Shown here: positions 60,757 to 64,000 of the stretch, piece after piece | Numbering within the stretch: the stretch's first letter is position 1 | Layout of the letters: every line of letters starts with the position of its first letter | Virus record (IMG/VR): IMGVR_UViG_3300037808_002146 | Length of the DNA stretch: 64,000 nucleotides | From: a virus | Taxonomy: Duplodnaviria; Caudoviricetes | Direction: 5' to 3' (one strand) | Made by a program: the position numbers and the translations under genes | Notes under the pieces: generated by a model | Seen by the model: the letters and a program-made list of their open reading frames with translations, nothing else | Database searches by the model: none | What the model was told of the DNA's origin: nothing

Positions 60757-62358
60757 TTAAATTAGCCACTTAAATTCAGTATCGAAACTTCCCGATAGAA
60801 ATCTAGATACTGAATCATATGGTATAGCGCGTCGGGTGTTCAAGACATTTTTTAAATATTCATTGCCGAAAGAAGAACCTACTGATCCTGCAAAAGAATT
60901 AGATTTCGAACCAAAACCCGATAGCATTGCTTTATTGATGTTAGCTGAGCTTTTTGAATGAAAGTTAGAAGTATCGTATAGCCAAATTCCAATAGCTAAA
61001 GATATTACTAAGTCGTCATGCTTGCTCCTCATAGCCTGAGGTTTGTTGCCTTTCCAAACAAAAGTTTTAGTTTCTTCATAGAATCTAGACGAATATATTC
61101 TTATTTGCTTGTTTCTTAAAACTTCTTCTAATTTTGTTAAGATTTTAGATCTAGAAGGTCCTTGAGTAGAGAAACCTGCTTTAGATATTGGACCGTCTCC
61201 ATAAAGAGCTGATATCCTATCTTTCTCTTTTTCAAAATATATTTCTTGGCACTTTAATTCTTTTAGCTTCATTAAAACAGCATATCCGTATGTATTGCTT
61301 TCCGGACAAATAGTTGCTTTATTATATCTTTTACTAGCTTCCATTAAAACAATAGCGAATTGGTCAGGGGGAGTTTTACCTCTAAATTCACAAACCACTT
61401 CAGATTCATTCGTATCTATTACATGAAATGTAGAAAAATCTGCACCATCTCCACGAGCAACATCAGCACTTATTACGTAACGATTTCCTGGCGTAACGTA
61501 CTTCCAAACCCAGACGTTGTTACTTGGTCCCCATCTTTCGACGGGACTTTTGATAGACATCATCAAAGACTCGATGTCTTGTCGGGTTATAAAAGTTTCG
61601 CCGGAAGACTGGAAATCACATAATAACTCTTGCGCAATTTGACGCTTAGTCATATTTTTTGTCTCTTTGTCGAACCAAGCGTCGTCGCGTTCAGGATGTA
61701 CTTCCCAGGGAAGCTTTATTGCATTAAAGTCATTATCGCCAGTTTCTGCTTGGGTATAAATATCATAGTACTGTCCACCCACACCATTCGGAGTTGATAA
61801 TACTATAGCTCTACCACCAGTAGAGAGGGTAGGATATAAGCCCATCCACAGTTCATCAAAATTCCTAACAAAGGCAGCCTCGTCAACTATTAACAATGAT
61901 AATGCCTCTGATCGACCTGCATCATCTGATGTTGGAATAGCTTTCACAATAGATCCGTTAGAAAATTCTAACGACTGCTTATTATTAGACACAATCTCAG
62001 GCATTAGCAACCACGGGGGTAATGAACGAATCGCAAACTTTACTTTTCTAATAAAGTTTTGAGCAACTGCCAATTTTGTAGCAATTACTAGAACATTTTT
62101 ATCTTTATAGAAAATCGTTAGCCAAACAGCATAAGCAGCCACTAGCGTTGATAGGCCGAGCTGCCGGCTTTTTACAATTACGTTAAACCTATGCTCGTTA
62201 AAGTCATCAACACAATCATCTTGAAAATCATATGTATTAAAAGGTAAAGTTCCCCTAGTTGCATGCTGTATTTTTACGTACTTATTGAAAAAATAAACCG
62301 GATCTTTTCCGCATTTAATAATTTCTTTTACTTGTCGCTGTTTGGTTGATGGAGGCAT
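60757..62358 (-). CDS. terminase large subunit (T4 gp17-like)
   Basis: KSRQLGLST (Walker A), LLIVDEAAF (Walker B), STPNG, QEL.CDF, nuclease ISADVARG.G.DFS, HDDLV. Confidence 0.96.
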   Translation of the reverse strand: MPPSTKQRQVKEIIKCGKDPVYFFNKYVKIQHATRGTLPFNTYDFQDDCVDDFNEHRFNVIVKSRQLGLSTLVAAYAVWLTIFYKDKNVLVIATKLAVAQNFIRKVKFAIRSLPPWLLMPEIVSNNKQSLEFSNGSIVKAIPTSDDAGRSEALSLLIVDEAAFVRNFDELWMGLYPTLSTGGRAIVLSTPNGVGGQYYDIYTQAETGDNDFNAIKLPWEVHPERDDAWFDKETKNMTKRQIAQELLCDFQSSGETFITRQDIESLMMSIKSPVERWGPSNNVWVWKYVTPGNRYVISADVARGDGADFSTFHVIDTNESEVVCEFRGKTPPDQFAIVLMEASKRYNKATICPESNTYGYAVLMKLKELKCQEIYFEKEKDRISALYGDGPISKAGFSTQGPSRSKILTKLEEVLRNKQIRIYSSRFYEETKTFVWKGNKPQAMRSKHDDLVISLAIGIWLYDTSNFHSKSSANINKAMLSGFGSKSNSFAGSVGSSFGNEYLKNVLNTRRAIPYDSVSRFLSGSFDTEFKWLI

Positions 62359-62364
62359 CTACTT

Positions 62365-62733
62365 CTATTCAACCTTTAATTGGACGTTTACTCTGTAGTA
62401 TGCGAGCTTCCTAGGTGCATAAGGCGAGGTGCTTATTAGCTCAACCGAATCATCTCGAGATTCTTCTTTCACATTAATAGACCTTTCCGCTTTTTCCCTA
62501 AATTCTTCTTTCATCTTTTTAAGCGCATCAGCTATCACTTTAACTGATTCTTTCTCGTATTCAGCTTTTTGTTTTTCCATAGATTCTTCACTAGCAAACT
62601 GGATAATTGCCAAATATTTCAAAGTTAAACTATCACCATGAAGACTAGACGTTACTTTCATCGTATCGCTAGAATAGCCAAAAGTATGATTAAATACTTG
62701 GCCTAAAACACTCACTTCTTTTGAACTCAACAT
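62365..62733 (-). CDS. hypothetical protein (122 aa)
   Basis: AGGAGG RBS; upstream of terminase; no recognised motif. Confidence 0.72.
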   Translation of the reverse strand: MLSSKEVSVLGQVFNHTFGYSSDTMKVTSSLHGDSLTLKYLAIIQFASEESMEKQKAEYEKESVKVIADALKKMKEEFREKAERSINVKEESRDDSVELISTSPYAPRKLAYYRVNVQLKVE

Positions 62734-62745
62734 TTCTTCTTCCTC

Positions 62746-63006
62746 CTAAAAGAACTTGTACATTGGCTTAAACTCTATTTTATTGTTTAGAAGCCATTTT
62801 TCTATCTCTTTTTTGCTTGGGTTCCATTTTTTGCCTTTTATGTTCCTGTTTGGCTCTAAAAATAAAACAAAGCAATTTCCACATCCACCATCATGGTAAG
62901 CGTGCAACGTATCTTCCAAAGTTTGTAAAGTTGCACCGCATATTTCACAAAAAGATGGAGTGCACTTATCTCTTTCGTCTATATAAATATCAATTAAATT
63001 ATTCAT
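62746..63006 (-). CDS. small protein with two CxxC pairs (possible Zn finger; start likely ATG 63006)
   Basis: CEIC and CGNC; overlaps the gp46 stop. Confidence 0.65.
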   Translation of the reverse strand: MNNLIDIYIDERDKCTPSFCEICGATLQTLEDTLHAYHDGGCGNCFVLFLEPNRNIKGKKWNPSKKEIEKWLLNNKIEFKPMYKFF

Positions 63007-64000
63007 GAACAACTAAAGAATTTTTTCCTTTGCTTCTAATATCTAAAACGTTATCGACAACGTCTTTGATAGCATCTATATGCGATATTACAAATATGTG
63101 TCTAAACCACCTCTTGAGTGAAACTAGCAACCTATTGCAAGTTTCAATGTTACCCTCGTCTAAAGTACCAAAACCTTCATCGATTATAAGCAAATCAGAC
63201 TTTGGTAAATTAGAAACATTGATTAAAGCAACGCGGATAGCTAGAGATGATAACATTTTCTCCATCCCCGAAGCACATTCGATCACTCTCTTAGAATCTC
63301 CATAGTTGATAAAAACGTCTAATGCGTTTGTCGAGTCATCCGCTTCTATTTCTATTGTAAATTCAACAACGCCATGCAAAATCTTTTCTATTTCAGAGTT
63401 TATCAGTGGAAGCTGGACACTCATTATTCTTAAAGGTATCCCTTTCTTATCTACTGATTGCAAAAAAGCGTTGTAAGCATTCCATTGCTTTTTTAAATTT
63501 GCAAATTTTTCTTTTTCTTCTTCAGAATCTGAAAGTTGTTGTTGAAATAGACCGATTTTTTCGCTTAGTCGCAATTTTTCAGCATCTAGAAAATTAGATC
63601 TTTCGCTCAAGGTTTTTAGTGTCTTCTTTAACCTAGATACTTCTTTAGCCTCCGAAGCAGCAGTTGCATTTAATTTCATTTTAGAGAGTTTATTTTTCTC
63701 TTCTAGCAGGTTTTGTGATATGTTAGAATCTTCTACTTCTAACTCTGTGAGTGATACTAATATATTACCTCTTTCAAGCTTTAAATCAGAGCCACTTTTT
63801 AAAATGTCTTCGTATTTTTTAATCTTATCATTGAGAGACTCACCCAATATTTTCTTTAGGTTACGTTTTACTGCTGAACAATTTTCGGAAATCTCTTTGA
63901 CTTTCTCTTCTTGAGATGGAATCTTTTTCTTCGAAAGATGAGAGTCTTTTATAAACTTGCATGTCGGAAAAGAGTCTCCGCATGGAACTACTTTTAAAGT
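62999..64000 (-). CDS. SbcC/Rad50/T4 gp46-like recombination ATPase, C-terminal half (runs off the right edge)
   Basis: Signature ASGMEK, Walker B LLIIDEGFGTLD, H-loop VISH, long coiled coil. The frame stays open to 64000 and includes VPCGDSFPTCKF. Confidence 0.92.
   Translation of the reverse strand, partial: TLKVVPCGDSFPTCKFIKDSHLSKKKIPSQEEKVKEISENCSAVKRNLKKILGESLNDKIKKYEDILKSGSDLKLERGNILVSLTELEVEDSNISQNLLEEKNKLSKMKLNATAASEAKEVSRLKKTLKTLSERSNFLDAEKLRLSEKIGLFQQQLSDSEEEKEKFANLKKQWNAYNAFLQSVDKKGIPLRIMSVQLPLINSEIEKILHGVVEFTIEIEADDSTNALDVFINYGDSKRVIECASGMEKMLSSLAIRVALINVSNLPKSDLLIIDEGFGTLDEGNIETCNRLLVSLKRWFRHIFVISHIDAIKDVVDNVLDIRSKGKNSLVVHE

Noticed and set aside
63845-63847. TTG start for the gp46-like ORF given in the track
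   Set aside because: The frame is open to position 64000 and the N-terminal Walker A half is missing, so the gene starts outside the window.
36-63914. All plus-strand ORFs in the track (e.g. 36-227, 1690-2061, 23882-24427, 31933-32538, 53715-54038, 54693-55148)
   Set aside because: Each lies antisense to a well-supported minus-strand gene, has the Ser/Phe/Leu-rich composition of a shadow frame, and shows no motif or RBS.
1-64000. Stop-codon reassignment, reported in some large phages
   Set aside because: Standard code 11 gives full-length genes with very high coding density; TAA, TAG and TGA all end intact genes.
1-64000. tRNA genes, CRISPR arrays, IS elements, integrase
   Set aside because: Intergenic gaps are under about 150 nt and show no cloverleaf, repeat-spacer array or transposase/integrase motif by eye. 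A tRNAscan or CRISPR-finder run would settle it.

Overview
The window is a 64-kb piece of a large AT-rich lytic myovirus (jumbo-phage-like, with T4-type head, neck and tail proteins). It is not cellular DNA and not a prophage. Every credible gene lies on the minus strand. In transcription order (right to left): the 3' end of a gp46/SbcC ATPase, terminase, portal, prohead protease, several small head proteins, scaffold, major capsid protein, a P-loop kinase ending in the same C-terminal motif as the scaffold, neck and tail-terminator proteins, two tail sheath paralogues, tail tube, a tail-assembly-chaperone pair joined by an apparent +1/-2 frameshift, tape measure and baseplate genes. Next is a mosaic replication block: a short PolA-like protein, a catalytically dead DnaQ-like protein, gp32-like SSB, RecA, RNase H/FEN, helicase, class II RNR, ClpP, zincless Nei, a J-domain protein, and a family-C DnaE with an intact PHP active site. 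The best candidate for a new system is the tightly coupled nine-gene operon at 335-7508. It encodes a T4-gp42-like, dCMP-type thymidylate-synthase homologue, a small helical putative nucleotide pyrophosphatase, dUTPase, a HAD-phosphatase/APH-kinase fusion, a cytidylyltransferase-family enzyme, a T4 alpha-glucosyltransferase homologue, an atypical C5-cytosine-methyltransferase-fold protein, an NDP-sugar epimerase and thymidine kinase. Together these suggest cytosine hypermodification with a sugar or polyol other than plain glucose. All assignments come from motif recognition by eye; no database searches were run.
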